Part shown: piece by piece, positions 26,801 through 39,777 of the stretch
Layout of the letters: each line of letters starts with the position of its first letter
Position numbering within the stretch: the stretch's first letter is position 1
Source of the DNA: Phoronis australis
Lineage: Eukaryota > Animalia > Phoronida
Reading direction: 5' to 3'
Assembly: GCA_002633005.1 (NCBI GenBank)
Contig: NMRA01000182.1
Coordinates: forward strand, 71,077 to 135,076
DNA: 64,000 nucleotides
Translations under genes and position numbers: made by a program
Notes under the pieces: generated by a model
The model's input: the letters and a program-made list of their open reading frames with translations, nothing else
The model's database searches: none
Told to the model about the DNA's origin: nothing

Positions 26801-28523
26801 TCATTATTTTCCTTGCATGTTCTCTGTATTCTTCAATCAATGTATATCACCTTGATAAAACAATTCTCTTTTCATTAACTATGATTTCTTATTAATAAAA
26901 ATCTTCGAAATAACTACTATTCATAGAAAATGTATCGATATACATATTGGAATAAACCTACTGAGAATATTGTCTTTGTGAAATTCCCAAATGTTGAGCT
27001 TCAAGTTCTCCAAACTTCCATCCATTCGATGGCAACCAACGCTGTTGTTGTTTTTTTTCGTCCAATACACAGTCCCATTTTTGTTTGTTTTGGCCGCATG
27101 TCTTTAAACCGGTTTGCTTCACAGTGAACATATTTTGTGTTTTTTCGACCAAGTTCAAATTTTATCTACTTCTCTTGGTGGCTGTTTACCAGTGCACATT
27201 TTTTTGGGGCAAGGGGCAATTGCCTCCACGAGAGAACTCGTCTTTAAGGACCCCTTTATACGAAAGACTTTACCTTTAAAAACTGAGAAAGAGAGACAGT
27301 AAATGCTTTCATCGAGTGGCCCTGAAAGAAGTGGCCTTCCTTAGCGGTAAGGCCCGATTTCACAAAAACCTGAAAACAGAGACGTAGTTCATTCCATCAC
27401 TGCCCCCGCCCTTCCGTGAGGGACCCTTTAGCTTGAGAAAACACAAATAAAACCAAAACATTAAAAAGTTGTCAACGGATGCCATTAACTGGCCATATCT
27501 GAGGAACGGTGCGGCTAAATATTGAAGGGTATTTCAAAAACAGGAAAACTCTTTGTCAACTCAAGCATTCCATGATATGCAATTTCAACAAAACATTACA
27601 AAAATAAGCGGCAGATGACTCCAGTATAGCTTCACAGAAAGGTTTCCATAGACAAATACAGAACCTTCTTGAATTTAGAAACTTGATTCAAAATCTCCGC
27701 TCTAAGCAGATCAAGCGGGGAAATAGTTTATCATTAATTTCATTCACAAGGTACTTCTGCATGCCGTGTGAGAGGCTACATGCAGGGCTAAGTGCATTGC
27801 AACGTTTGCCCACTTGATCAATTTGTTCCCGTAGGATATCCGATTGTTTGACGATTCCGCAATGACGGCTCGCGTCATATCAGGTTTTAAGAAAATATTT
27901 TCGTTCACACTATAGCGCGAGCTAAATTTCAGCATCAATACGATGAAGTAGTTCTACAGAATACTGAAGAAAGATCGTCTGTTGTCGTGTTTGCTGTTTC
28001 CATATACATTATGGATTTTTTATTGTGTTCATCATTACGTATTGTAGGAAAATAAACAATAACCTGTCGCATTATGTCGATATCTATTGTCGGCCAGTTC
28101 ATCGTAAGAGGTGCGCTTTCATCATAACGTGTTTGAGTTGTACGGTCGAATTACACGAGTGGACAGTCTTTTAAGAGCTTCTTCTCTAGTCAGTGTCAGC
28201 GCTGATAAAAAGCAAATAGTGCTGATGTGTGTACGTCAAACAGCGTGAATACACGATGTAGTTTATGGTGAAACACTTAGGTCTCGGACGAAGATTGGTG
28301 TCAAAAGACTGAAACCTCACCTGGACGCTTGTAATTTGCTCACGATTCTCCTTCGATCTCGAAAATAATTCCAAAGGAAAAGCGAATGCTAACAAGTGCT
28401 AGAAGGCTCGTCAACATGGACAAGCTAAGCCTATATAATGATGACCTATAATTTAGGCGGACCGTTGGATAAAACATATATTGTGTAATCCGTGACTAAA
28501 CAGAGCTAAAGAAAAATAACACA

Positions 28524-29981
28524 ATGTCAACTTCGCGACAGTTTGAGACGGTGTACCAGGAGAGTGCAACACCGATCGACTTATCTAAAGTAGTGGTATC
28601 CTATGCTGTACCGGTGGCGGGTAGCAAAGGTGCGATTAAATATTTACGTTTGTCATCTAGATCATTGGGCAGCGTCCAATTACCTGCCAAGCCGGGCTCA
28701 AGAGACGCCACAGATAGCGACACAAAGATTATCTCTACATTGAAGGAGAGCAACACAGAAAGTTTTGCCGACGACAATCTCGATAACGAGATGCCGACAC
28801 CAGCCGCCACTTCAACGGTGGTGAAGAGTTGTCATAGGTGTAACAACACTTTACGTACTTTGCACCCAAAAGGTCCACCTCCTATGAAACCGTTTCCTCT
28901 TCAGTCAATGCCTAGCCGAACCAGTCAAATGATGAAACGCAAAACTCTCCTCGAAGGAAGCGGCGGAGATGGAAAACAGCGTCGTACTTTTTGGCGTGCA
29001 ATGTCACTGACACCTGGTGAGCGTGATTTATACAACAACTATCTTTCTAATTCTGGGCTATCACTGAATGACAAAAAGTTACCTAATTTAGATAATAGTA
29101 GGCTTAAAGACTTTATAATCAGCCAACAGGAATCGTCCACATTTTCCTGGATCGAACGACGTTCTAAGTCAGACTTAGACGGTCGCCAAAGTCACCCTAT
29201 TCCAACGCCATACAGAGACACCAAGACGTCGGAGGGCCGTAGGAAGCGTCTGTCACTGGATCCGTCGGATTTGTCCAGGCGTACCCAAACTCCTTTGCTA
29301 GCGGACTCTAGGGTGCACGACAGAATTAAACGAAAACAGAGCCGACAGTCGTCATGGACGTCATTCGGTGACGAGATTCGTCAAAAATTGGCGACTGATA
29401 CGCACCCACCAACCGCCAACGTGAATTATGCAAGTCGTAATGATTCTGCACCGAGCTTGTCTTCATCAAGGTCAGACATCAATCGCTCTCACCTGCCTAT
29501 TACACGACAAACTAAGCGCTCACAGTTTAGTAATCTACCCTCAAACTTCGCAGTTCGGAGTGGAGCAAAAACATATTCTTCGTGGAGTGAGGAAAGTTTC
29601 GATTTTAACAGCTCTGTGCCCAAACCACAACAGTCTCCAAAAACTGTCAGGAAAATAAAAGCTGACAACGACTCGTTCACTGGTTACTTTTCAAGAATTT
29701 CCGTAGGACTGAATGACAATCCATACGCGAATTACGTAGGCACGCGCAACCAAATGGAGACTGTCGTCTGCGCTAACTGCAAGCATCTGGACCTTCAGTC
29801 GTGCGCTGTGCAGTTGTCGCCCCGACCTCCGCTCAACTCACCAGACATTCCGGAAAAGATGGAGCGCCAACTGAGACACGTTAAGGCACCCATCGTAAAC
29901 TCTCTACCGGACAGTGGTCACGGGTCGGAAAGGAGCCGATCCGCAAGTACCAAAAAGGTTGACATAGTAATTCCCACTTAA
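28524..29981 (+). CDS. Orphan ORF C, 485 aa, S/R-rich, with degenerate CxxCxxLxxxSC motif
   Basis: 1.46-kb ATG ORF. Candidate branch point and acceptor gactaaacag end at 28503. Contains CHRC and CANCKHLDLQSC. Confidence 0.78.
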   Translation: MSTSRQFETVYQESATPIDLSKVVVSYAVPVAGSKGAIKYLRLSSRSLGSVQLPAKPGSRDATDSDTKIISTLKESNTESFADDNLDNEMPTPAATSTVVKSCHRCNNTLRTLHPKGPPPMKPFPLQSMPSRTSQMMKRKTLLEGSGGDGKQRRTFWRAMSLTPGERDLYNNYLSNSGLSLNDKKLPNLDNSRLKDFIISQQESSTFSWIERRSKSDLDGRQSHPIPTPYRDTKTSEGRRKRLSLDPSDLSRRTQTPLLADSRVHDRIKRKQSRQSSWTSFGDEIRQKLATDTHPPTANVNYASRNDSAPSLSSSRSDINRSHLPITRQTKRSQFSNLPSNFAVRSGAKTYSSWSEESFDFNSSVPKPQQSPKTVRKIKADNDSFTGYFSRISVGLNDNPYANYVGTRNQMETVVCANCKHLDLQSCAVQLSPRPPLNSPDIPEKMERQLRHVKAPIVNSLPDSGHGSERSRSASTKKVDIVIPT

Positions 29982-31718
29982 TATATTCACAAGTTATTGT
30001 CTCAATTTTTGAAATGCTCAAAGTGAACAATGCCAAGAAATGTTGCATGTGCCATTTGCTCAATTAGGTCCCAGATTCCTGTGCGTAATGTCAAATTATG
30101 CACTGTTATTTATTCGGAGATTTATTTCTTATTTGACAAACCACATGTCTTTTACGTTCTCTGATATTGTTTTGTTCATGCATAACGCAACGTAATGTTT
30201 ATCGCCACTTTGCACTGCACGAGCTACAATTGTGTAAATGTATTGTATGAGTATCTGAAATGTATACACAAATTTGCCAAGTGACGTGGACTAGTTCATT
30301 TGAGGTGAAACCGTACAAGCATATATTAGGTGATTATAAGTTTTCTTTAAATGCTCTTTGCCGTTGTGGTTTACCTCGTATTATTATGTTACATCTTTAG
30401 AATATATTTTTGCATTCGGTTAAGGCAAATGGACGATCCCTAATTATCCAGTTGTTTGTACACTACAACCCTTTCCCGTCTACGCGGTACTTTACCGTGT
30501 AAAGACAACCAGGAGTGTTAGCAAATATTGTCATATTACTATAAAAAATGTTATCTCGCAAAATTTGTTTGTCAAACTGGTCTATAACTTTATTGTGAAA
30601 AAACACTGAGTAGCCATTTTGATCTCAGGCACCCAGTTTTCACATGTACACGTGACTTCCTCCATGTTGATGTATTTGTATGTATGGGTTGAAACTAGAT
30701 ACATGTATGCACATTGATCAATTTGGCATATGAAAAGTGTTCCATTTCCATAGAATCGTTATTTTTTCGATTTTCAATTTGCAAGTGCAAAATGCAAATG
30801 CCATCTTTTCATCAAGAGCGCATGGGCATTTCTGCAGACTACCTGGGTGTTAATTAATTAAGTTCTACTTTGACTGCTTTAGGTCGATATAAAGCTCTTC
30901 CTGTTACAGTTTATACAGTGTTGGAACAAACAGTCAATCAATGTCAGTGATTATTGAAATAAATCATTCATATACTCAATGCACGATACTACCTGTAAAA
31001 TGCACGTATTCAGCTATAAAAGAACGAAATTAAAATGAAATTATTGACCAACTCTCTGGATATCTGTGAGTTAGTTTTTAATACCTTGGAAACCAGATTA
31101 GTGGTTGAAAACAGATACATCGGTAAGGGCATAACTCATAAGACAGATAAGCCAGTCTTATGCTTTTATGGAATGTTGTTTTACCTATGTATATATCTGT
31201 GGTCACACGATCTTGTTTCCATGGAATAACAGAAAACAATTCTTAAGAGGATGGCCAAAGTCACAGGTCAGCAGAGACCTCCGCAACACCTCAGTTTCTT
31301 TCGCATCCGCAAATTTCGCTTCAGAGGCGCACGCCATATACGGATGAGCGGCCGTCGGACATTCGGCTAGTCATGTGTCTTGCAAACTGCGTGACTGAAA
31401 TTCGGACAAGCCCGCAGACAAGGTCGAAGCTACGAAAATACCCGAGGTGTTCTGAATGCCTGAGTTGATTGAACAGGATTCGAAGCCTGGTTAAAAAATT
31501 ATACCGTTTGCCCATGCGCCTGTATGTGACGCTGCTGCGGAAGTCGACTCACGCGTCTACGTGAAAAAACATTTAAGCAAAAGGTTTTGGAAAGGACACG
31601 TAAGTGAAACTTGATTGATGTAGATGTTGACTTTAAGTCAATTTAATGTGAATTGTTTGATTAAAAATATCGAAAGTGGACAAACGACACACAAAAACTC
31701 CTATAAGTGAAGCATATA

Positions 31719-31730
31719 TGCGCATGCGCG
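31719..31730. promoter_or_regulatory. NRF1-type site
   Basis: tgcgcatgcgcg fits the consensus YGCGCATGCGCR. It lies near a CpG-richer stretch (~31300-31560). Confidence 0.35.
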
Positions 31731-32186
31731 TGTCTGTATACAAAACACTTGAATAAACGTTTCTGTAGAATAAAGCGCATCATTTTGGATATGGGCGCAT
31801 GAGCCTAAGCGCGTCTATTCACTGTAAATTGGTGTAGGTACTTGACTGTGCTTTGGTTTTATCTGATTTATTTCGGGTGAAATTGGTAGGCAAGTCCTCG
31901 AATTGACGGACCATAAAGTTAGTTAAAATAATCTAGTTGAACTTTAAAATGGCATAGTCGGCAAACAATGATCCATGAAAAAAGTCTTTAACAGTTGTTT
32001 GAAACATTTTAGTAAAAAATACGTCGATTTCCTCACATGAATGTGTTTTATTTTGCGTTTCATTTTTGTAAAATTCTGAAAAGTCAGTGATCCTAGACGT
32101 TCCCGGGAGCGGAACTACGTGACATTCAGACACTTCCTTGCTCCCACGTTCACTTTGTCCAGTACATAATCTTGAAACTCATACAT

Positions 32187-32199
32187 GTTGTCTAGCAAC
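32187..32199. promoter_or_regulatory. RFX X-box candidate
   Basis: gttgtctagcaac is a near-palindromic match to GTTGCC-N-RGCAAC. Confidence 0.4.
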
Positions 32200-33129
32200 A
32201 GCAGAGCACTCTGGTAATAGTTACTTCCTGAAAACTGCATAGGTTGGCAAAACCTCATTGTCAGGTTATCGGGTTTCAATGAGGATTTTCAGGAAAGAGA
32301 GTTTTGCATACTTATGCCGCCGACTGGCAGAGACTCGGTTAATTAGTTAAAGACTGAAAATCAAACTTTTCAAAAATAATTTTACATTTACACTTTAATT
32401 CAATCAAAAGTAATCATAAATGTCATTATGCTATGTCTGGAAAGCGACAGAGGAATGCAAATCCACCCAGCTCCATTGAACAAGCCACGCATTTCTATAG
32501 ATGGCGTGGCAGTCCAGCACTCGATTTCATTCCCAAATGCTTTTTCTAGAAAGGTTACTCCCGAACTTGCTTGATCTTTTCGCCTCTTTATCTTACATGT
32601 GTTGAAGAGATGGCCCGTTGCATTTCTCACGCCGGCTTTGATTAGCATTACACGCGCCCACGTCTTCCATTACCAAAGCCTAAAGGTACCCAACAACGAA
32701 ATAATTCTTAAGGTAGCCTCTTCGAGTTCATTTAAATTTAAGTGAACTCCAGTTAAAGTTAACTGAAATTTTTGTTAGAATTCGGTGATTTAAAACGAAT
32801 TACAAAAGCGCAACATTTTTGTAGCTTCATAATGCTAGTCAAGCTGATATTTTCGAAAAGTTAGCCCTACCCAAAATATCCCCAAAATGTAGTTTTTGAC
32901 CATAAAAACAATTGTATCTTATTAACAGTTGGAGACTGCACGGTTGTGTTCTTTCAGCTGAAGTTTCCTGCTTTTCTTGAGCAAACCACCAGAACCTCGT
33001 TATTTGTGGACTGGATTCGTGTAATCCTATTGAACCATATTTGTAATAAACCTCTAGTAAAAATCAACAGTTGATAAATCATGGAATTTCGTCCCATAAC
33101 AACTAGGGATGACGAATTACCTGATAACT

Positions 33130-33202
33130 CATGGGCGGCGCGCCATAGGGCGCTGGCGGGGGGGCTATAGCCCCAAATTATTTAAGTGCTGCTCCGCCCA
33201 TG
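33130..33202. mobile_element. Very short MITE (73 bp)
   Basis: TIRs catgggcggcgc and gctccgcccatg match at 11/12. GC-rich interior. No clear TSD. Confidence 0.5.
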
Positions 33203-34750
33203 TCACATGTAAATGATTTCTGCAACTTCCACCATTTATCATTTATCAGTGGTCGTCGATCGGCTGCTTTCAAACTATAAACCCATCATTTTATCCAGTA
33301 ATTTGCCGACTCAATATGTACATTTGTGATCTCCAGAGTTCGTGAAACTGATAAGTTTGTGAGTAACTTACACATTAGTGCTGTTTCACTAAAATTTCGT
33401 AACGTAACATAACGTCACGTTTTCTTGAACTGGACCCGTACGAAGCAATGACATGGAAGAAGTGCAGATATTTTCTGCAAATTGAGTCGTGTAGCCATGT
33501 TTTAAAAAGTGAAACCAAGGAATGCAAGAAGCTTTCACGTCTAAAATTTGTTCAGTTCTAATGATTAGGCATATCGTTACGTTACAACTCGGTTGTAATT
33601 TTTATTTATGGGAGTACACATTTTCCAATAAACGGAAATGTACTACCAATTATATGTTTGATTGACTATTTCCTTTGACAAACGTTGTTATGCAACACCT
33701 GCGTAACCTCGCCTGTGTTAGTTCTCACGGCTTAACACGTCAATACAGACAAACACAAAAAGTCAATACATGCACGCAATCTTGCTACGAAATTCGCAAC
33801 TTTTCGGATTTAAACCAGTAAAACCAAAGAGTATGACAGTTTATATTTTTGCAAATATAAAACAGCGGAAGGGATTTTTCAACCCACGTCGATAAATTGT
33901 AAATACTTTATTTATGACTACCCGGTATGTGTGTTTTAATTGTTTCTAAATTTATCTTACTGCAGGACACATTAGAAAAATGTCCGAATCTCAAGGCGAT
34001 CATTAAAACATGCATGAGTCGCAAATGGTTTTCTAGTTGAAAACACCAAAGTACGGAACTGGAATTGAAAAATGTAAACACTTCATGTATTTTTCATTAA
34101 AACTTGAAAACGCTTGCATGTATACTTGCTCATTTTTTGTTCCCTAATTTCCAACAGTATCTCTCTACCGCCGTCCCTCAGTCAAGTCCCCTCCCCCATC
34201 TTAGTTCTCCCTCCGTGTCTTCTTCCCTTCAACCCTCACAAACTCCTCCTCACCTTTTCAGCATGGCCTCCTTCCTTGTTTCGTTCCCTCCCTATACTAG
34301 CGGTCTGAAAACTACCACGGACACAAATTGGTTTCTTTTTGCTATATACTGCAAACAATTCATTTCTACATTGATAATAAAACAATCATTAGGAGGAAAA
34401 ACGTTAACACACAACATTCTGTAACCCCAAACGATCACACATCTTCAGGTGAAATTTTTGAAAATTTAATAACAATTTCCTGAGTTTGGCTCAATTTCCG
34501 TTTGAAATGACGAAAGAAGAAAAGATTAGGCCAAAGGTTAATCAATTGCAAAATTATCTTAACCATAACCTTTTTAATATTAAAACATCATAAAAGGTAC
34601 AAATATCCGTCACCCAACTTCTTAGAAAGTAGATGACTGTATAGTATAAGATTAAAATTTACGAATTTTTTTGTATGCGCGATATTTACTACGCCATCTG
34701 AAAAATGTTTGAAGTCTTTTCGTACGCTTGAAAATGACGTATGTGGCTAG

Positions 34751-36356
34751 CTTAAAACTTTTGAAGAGTGTTGAACAATATGTATCGGAGATTATGACAA
34801 GCGTTTCAAATGGCACAGCCACCTTAAACAAGGAATGTTTACTAATTTCTTCAATCTCCATATCAAATTACACCTCCGCGTACTTTTAAAGCTGTCAGTT
34901 TATAATGGAGAATACAGATTGAGTACTTTGGACAGTTTAAATGCGCTTCAATCGATTTTAGTTTTCCATTTAAAGCAAACATTGCTTTTTTCAATTGTCA
35001 GACGTCTCAGTCACGTGCGCAAACAAGTATATAATAAAAATACCGCAGCGTACTTAACTCAACATTCGTGGAGCCGTCACCTTTAAGGTGTAATAAACGA
35101 TTATACAACTTGTCATTTTGTTGAATTTCATGGACTCATACCACTTACTTCGTAAACAAACACGCAATAATGTGAATTACCTTACTGCAGGCAGTTCGCA
35201 GTTGCCGTATCATGTAATGACACAAGGTATTTTCACACCGAAAAAAGCATGACTATTCTTGTAATATCGGACATCAAAAATAAAGTGACCATGTCTGCCT
35301 TTTATAATTGTGCTTTACTTGTAGACTGTATCCCTTTGCCCGGACTATTATTGAGCAGACTCATGAAATGTCGATTTCCAAGACTTGTTGCTTAATAGTT
35401 CTGGTTGAGCCGCCTCGTGTACTAGCCGGTCTCATCACCTGTTGAGGGCAGCGAGTACTCTCGCTGGTTCCCTGCGTGCCGCTAGGTGGTCGGTAGCCAG
35501 CATGGCTAGGCACGTAGGGAACCAGCGAGGCGAGTACTGTGACACAAGCGTCCTCTATTGTTTAACATGAAACTAATCATGCAGAGACGAATATCCCTTT
35601 CCGTAGATCTGGCCGGGGCGCTCTCAAAGAAAACTGACTTATAGCTAAGGCAAATCTTATACTTCAGTCAGCATTAAGAGCAAACATAAATTTGTCTTAA
35701 GTCTGTTTCAAGAAAATAATCTTAAGTTTGACTTAAGTTTTTGACTCTTAAAAGTTTTGTCTTAAATTTGACGTAACTTACCGGATGATGTGGAAGCCAA
35801 GTTTCAAACTCTGGAGGTTGGAACTAAACTTGGTTTCTTGGAACGGCCGGGCGCCTGGACTTGGCTGGTCACGGAGGAGCATATGACGTGTATTTGGCCG
35901 AACTTAAGCATGCTAAGATCTCCCGTCCTCGGTGAACTTGAATCCAACACCAAGTCACCGCAGCCCACCGAATTCCGCTCGGCCCTGATCGTTACCATTT
36001 TCTCCCACAGTCCCAGTTGTCACCAGCTTCACCCCTCCCCGATCTCCATCAAGCCTACTTTAGTGGGTTATTTTTCATTTTCCTGTGTGTCTTTCGCTGT
36101 TGATATGATGCGGTTTGTAACTTTCCCCGGCCCTTTCTTTACTCCAGTGGTTGCTGCTCCTTCTTGACTTCTTCGAATTTCTTGTAGCACCTAGGGCAAT
36201 GCCCCTTTCTGATCCCACCCTTCTCCCAATACACCTATGTTCTTTTCGTGCTATTGACATCAAGAGAGGAAAGAGTGAGACAGCACATTTATGTCAATAC
36301 AAGACAAGATGCCTAAGGTATACCTACAGCCAAACAACGGTATCAGCAATTTGACT
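34751..36356 (+). repeat. ~1.6-kb duplication left of the gap (copy 1, empty site)
   Basis: Colinear and near-identical to 36934-39211 apart from a 631-bp insertion, small indels and SNPs. Confidence 0.92.
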
Positions 36357-36933
36357 NNNNNNNNNNNNNNNNNNNNNNNNNNNNNNNNNNNNNNNNNNNN
36401 NNNNNNNNNNNNNNNNNNNNNNNNNNNNNNNNNNNNNNNNNNNNNNNNNNNNNNNNNNNNNNNNNNNNNNNNNNNNNNNNNNNNNNNNNNNNNNNNNNNN
36501 NNNNNNNNNNNNNNNNNNNNNNNNNNNNNNNNNNNNNNNNNNNNNNNNNNNNNNNNNNNNNNNNNNNNNNNNNNNNNNNNNNNNNNNNNNNNNNNNNNNN
36601 NNNNNNNNNNNNNNNNNNNNNNNNNNNNNNNNNNNNNNNNNNNNNNNNNNNNNNNNNNNNNNNNNNNNNNNNNNNNNNNNNNNNNNNNNNNNNNNNNNNN
36701 NNNNNNNNNNNNNNNNNNNNNNNNNNNNNNNNNNNNNNNNNNNNNNNNNNNNNNNNNNNNNNNNNNNNNNNNNNNNNNNNNNNNNNNNNNNNNNNNNNNN
36801 NNNNNNNNNNNNNNNNNNNNNNNNNNNNNNNNNNNNNNNNNNNNNNNNNNNNNNNNNNNNNNNNNNNNNNNNNNNNNNNNNNNNNNNNNNNNNNNNNNNN
36901 NNNNNNNNNNNNNNNNNNNNNNNNNNNNNNNNN
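36357..36933. other. Assembly gap (N run)
   Basis: Run of N. Confidence 1.
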
Positions 36934-39211
36934 CTTAAAACTTTTGAAGAGTGTTGAACAATATGTATCGGAGATTATGACAAGCGTTTCAAATGGCACA
37001 GCCACCTTAAACAAGGAATGTTTACTAATTTCTTCAATCTCCATATCAAATTACACCTCCGCGTACTTTTAAAGCTGTCAGCTTATAATGGAGAGTACAG
37101 ATTGAGTACTTTGGACAGTTTAAATGCGCTTCAATCGATTTTAGTTTTCCATTTAAAGCAAACATTGCTTTTTCAATTCTCAGACGTCTCAGTCACGTGC
37201 GCAAACAAGTACATAATAAAAATACCGCAGCGTACTTAACTCAACATTCGTGAGCCGTCCCCTTTAAGGTGTAATAAACGATTATACAACTTGTCATTTT
37301 GTTGAATTTCATGGACTCATACCACTTACTTCGTAAACAAACACGCAATAATGTGAATTACCTTACTGCAGGCAGTTCGCAGTTGCCGTATCATGTAATG
37401 GCACAAGGTATTTTCAGACCGAAAAAAGCATGACAATTCTTGTAATATCGGACATCAAAAATAAAGTGACCATGTCTGCCTTTTATAATTGTGCTTTACT
37501 TGTAGGCTGTATCCTTTTGCCAGGACTATTATTGAGCAGACTCATGAAATGTCGATTTCCAAGACTTGTTGCTTAATAGTTCTGGTTGAGCCGCCTCGTG
37601 TACCAGCCGGTCTCGTCACCTGTTGAGGGCAGCGAGTACTCTCGCTGGTTCCCTGCGTGCCGCTAGGTGGTCGGTAGCCAGCATGGCTAGGCACGTAGGG
37701 AGGCACAGAACAGTTCTCACAGGGGTTCGCCTGTCAGAACACACGTCAATGCACTCTTCACCCTTTCTTCACTTTGTCAAAAACTGCATGCAAATAAGGA
37801 AATGTTTTGAGTCATTTCACATCAGAAGCCCTACAGATGAGTACAGAAACTTTATTCTCTGTTGCATTTTTGACTCTTTCACTCCCAGTGGAAACCAAGC
37901 TGAAGTAAGAAAAATGAGGGCAAAAAAATGCAAAATCGGCACTTTTCACCCCAAAATCACCACTTTCCTGCAGATGCTCGACTAAAGCCAAGATTCCGAA
38001 AGCAAATTTCCTACCGATTCCAAAAATGTGGTCCAAAAGTACTGTCAACCAACTAGGTTTTTTGCAAATCTGGCTTGTTTGAGGGCTACCTGAAATCGCG
38101 GCCAATTTCTCAGTTGCTACACAGCAATGCACAACTGCAACAGGGGGCCACCATCTTGAAGAAGAGTGCAGCAACAGCCAAGAAACTGGCCTTTTTTCAT
38201 TCCCAGCATGTTCACAAATACAAAAAACACATTCACTTGGCCTACACACAATACCTAACTAAAAAATGCCCCCAAGCTTGGCCTAGCCCTAGATTTTAAC
38301 ATTTAACAGTCTAACTATTCTGTGCCACCTAGGGAACCAGCGAGGCGAGTACTGTGACACAAGCGTCCTCTATTGTTTAACTTGAAACTAATCATGCAGA
38401 GGCGAATCTCCCTTGCCGTAGATCTGGCCGGGGCGCTCTCAAAGAAAACTGACTTATAGCTAAGACAAATATTATACTTGAGTCAACAATAAGATCAAAT
38501 ATAAATTTGTTTTAAGTCTGTTTCAAGAAAATATTCTTTCTTAAGTTTGACTTAAGTTTTTGACTCTTAAAAGTTTTGTCTTAAATTTGACGTAACTTAC
38601 CGGATGTGGAAGTTTCAAACTCTGGAGGTTGGAACAAATCTTAGACTTAAGTCAAAAATAAACTAAATTTGGTTTCTTGGAACGGCCGGGCCCCTGGACT
38701 TGGCTGCTCAAGGATGAGCATGTGACATGTATTTGGCCGAACTTAAGCATGCTAAGATCTCTCGTCCTCGGTGAACTTGAATCCGCCACCAAGTCACAGC
38801 AGCCCACGGAATTCCACTCGGCCCTGGGTTACCATTTTCTCCCACAGTCCCAGTTGTCACCAGCTTCACCCCTCCCCGATCTCCATCAAGCCTACTTTAG
38901 TGGGTTATTTTTCATTTTCCTGTGTGTCTTTCGCTGTTGATATGATGCCGTTTGTAATTTTCCCCGGCCCTTTACTCCAGTGGTTGCTGCTCCGCTCGAA
39001 TTCCTTCTTGATTTCTTCGAATTTCTTGTAATTTTTCAGTGCACCTAGGGGCAATGCCCCTCTCTGATCCCACCCTTTTCCCAATACACCTATGTTCTTT
39101 GTGTGGTATTGACATCAAGAGAGGAAAGAGTGAGACAGCACATTTATGTCAATACAAGACAAGATGCCTAAGGTATATCTACAGCCAAACAACGGTATCA
39201 GCAATTTGACT
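36934..39211 (+). repeat. Duplication right of the gap (copy 2, carries MITE)
   Basis: Starts cttaaaacttttgaag as at 34751 and ends cagcaatttgact as at 36356. Confidence 0.92.
37699..38329. mobile_element. 631-bp MITE with 17-bp TIRs and 3-bp TAG target-site duplication (PIF/Harbinger-like)
   Basis: Left end ggaggcacagaacagtt versus reverse-complemented right end ggtggcacagaatagtt (15/17). TAG at 37696-37698 and 38330-38332. The empty site cacgTAGggaacc is present in copy 1 at ~35515. Confidence 0.9.
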
Positions 39212-39763
39212 AAATTTTATTTGATAAAAATGTTCAAAATGAAATTTCAAAAACGTTGCAGGTTTTTAAAAATATTACTTCACCATTTGTTTCATGCAAC
39301 TTTTAATTGTTTTTCATAAAAATTGTAAGAGTTCCATTTTTAACAACCCTCGTGTAAAAATGAAAACATCTGAAGACAATTCCTAAACGCATTTTGGAGA
39401 GCAGTGTAGAAATTATAGATTATGAAAGTTTCATATGAATATGAACAGCCATTTCTGAAAATACGTTCAAAGTTAGCCCAAGTTGGACATTTGTTTGCGT
39501 CTTACGTAACCTTGACTGGCGCTAAAATTAGGCGTACCTCAAACAGACAACTCCGTCTTTAGCTTTCTATGGAAAGTTCTGGTTAAAACAAGCTATTGTA
39601 ATTTTTTATGCTTTGACCATGTATTGCAAGTAGTAGACATTTAATCAGTTAAAACTAGATATCGAATTTGGAAGTTAGTTGCATTCGAAAAATCAAGCAA
39701 TATCCGGTTTGCAATAAAGACAGCCAGAAAAAAGTAAATCTACAAATAGATGTTCCATAAAAT

Positions 39764-39777
39764 GTTACCGTGGTTAC
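39764..39777. promoter_or_regulatory. RFX X-box candidate upstream of ORF D
   Basis: gttaccgtggttac (reverse complement gtaaccacggtaac), ~940 bp upstream of the ATG at 40716. Confidence 0.35.

Noticed and set aside
34104-34424. 106-aa Ser/Pro-rich ORF
   Set aside because: TTG start over a pyrimidine-rich low-complexity tract; no splice or homology support.
36291-37044. ORFs of 215 and 233 aa in the track
   Set aside because: They consist mostly of N-gap codons.
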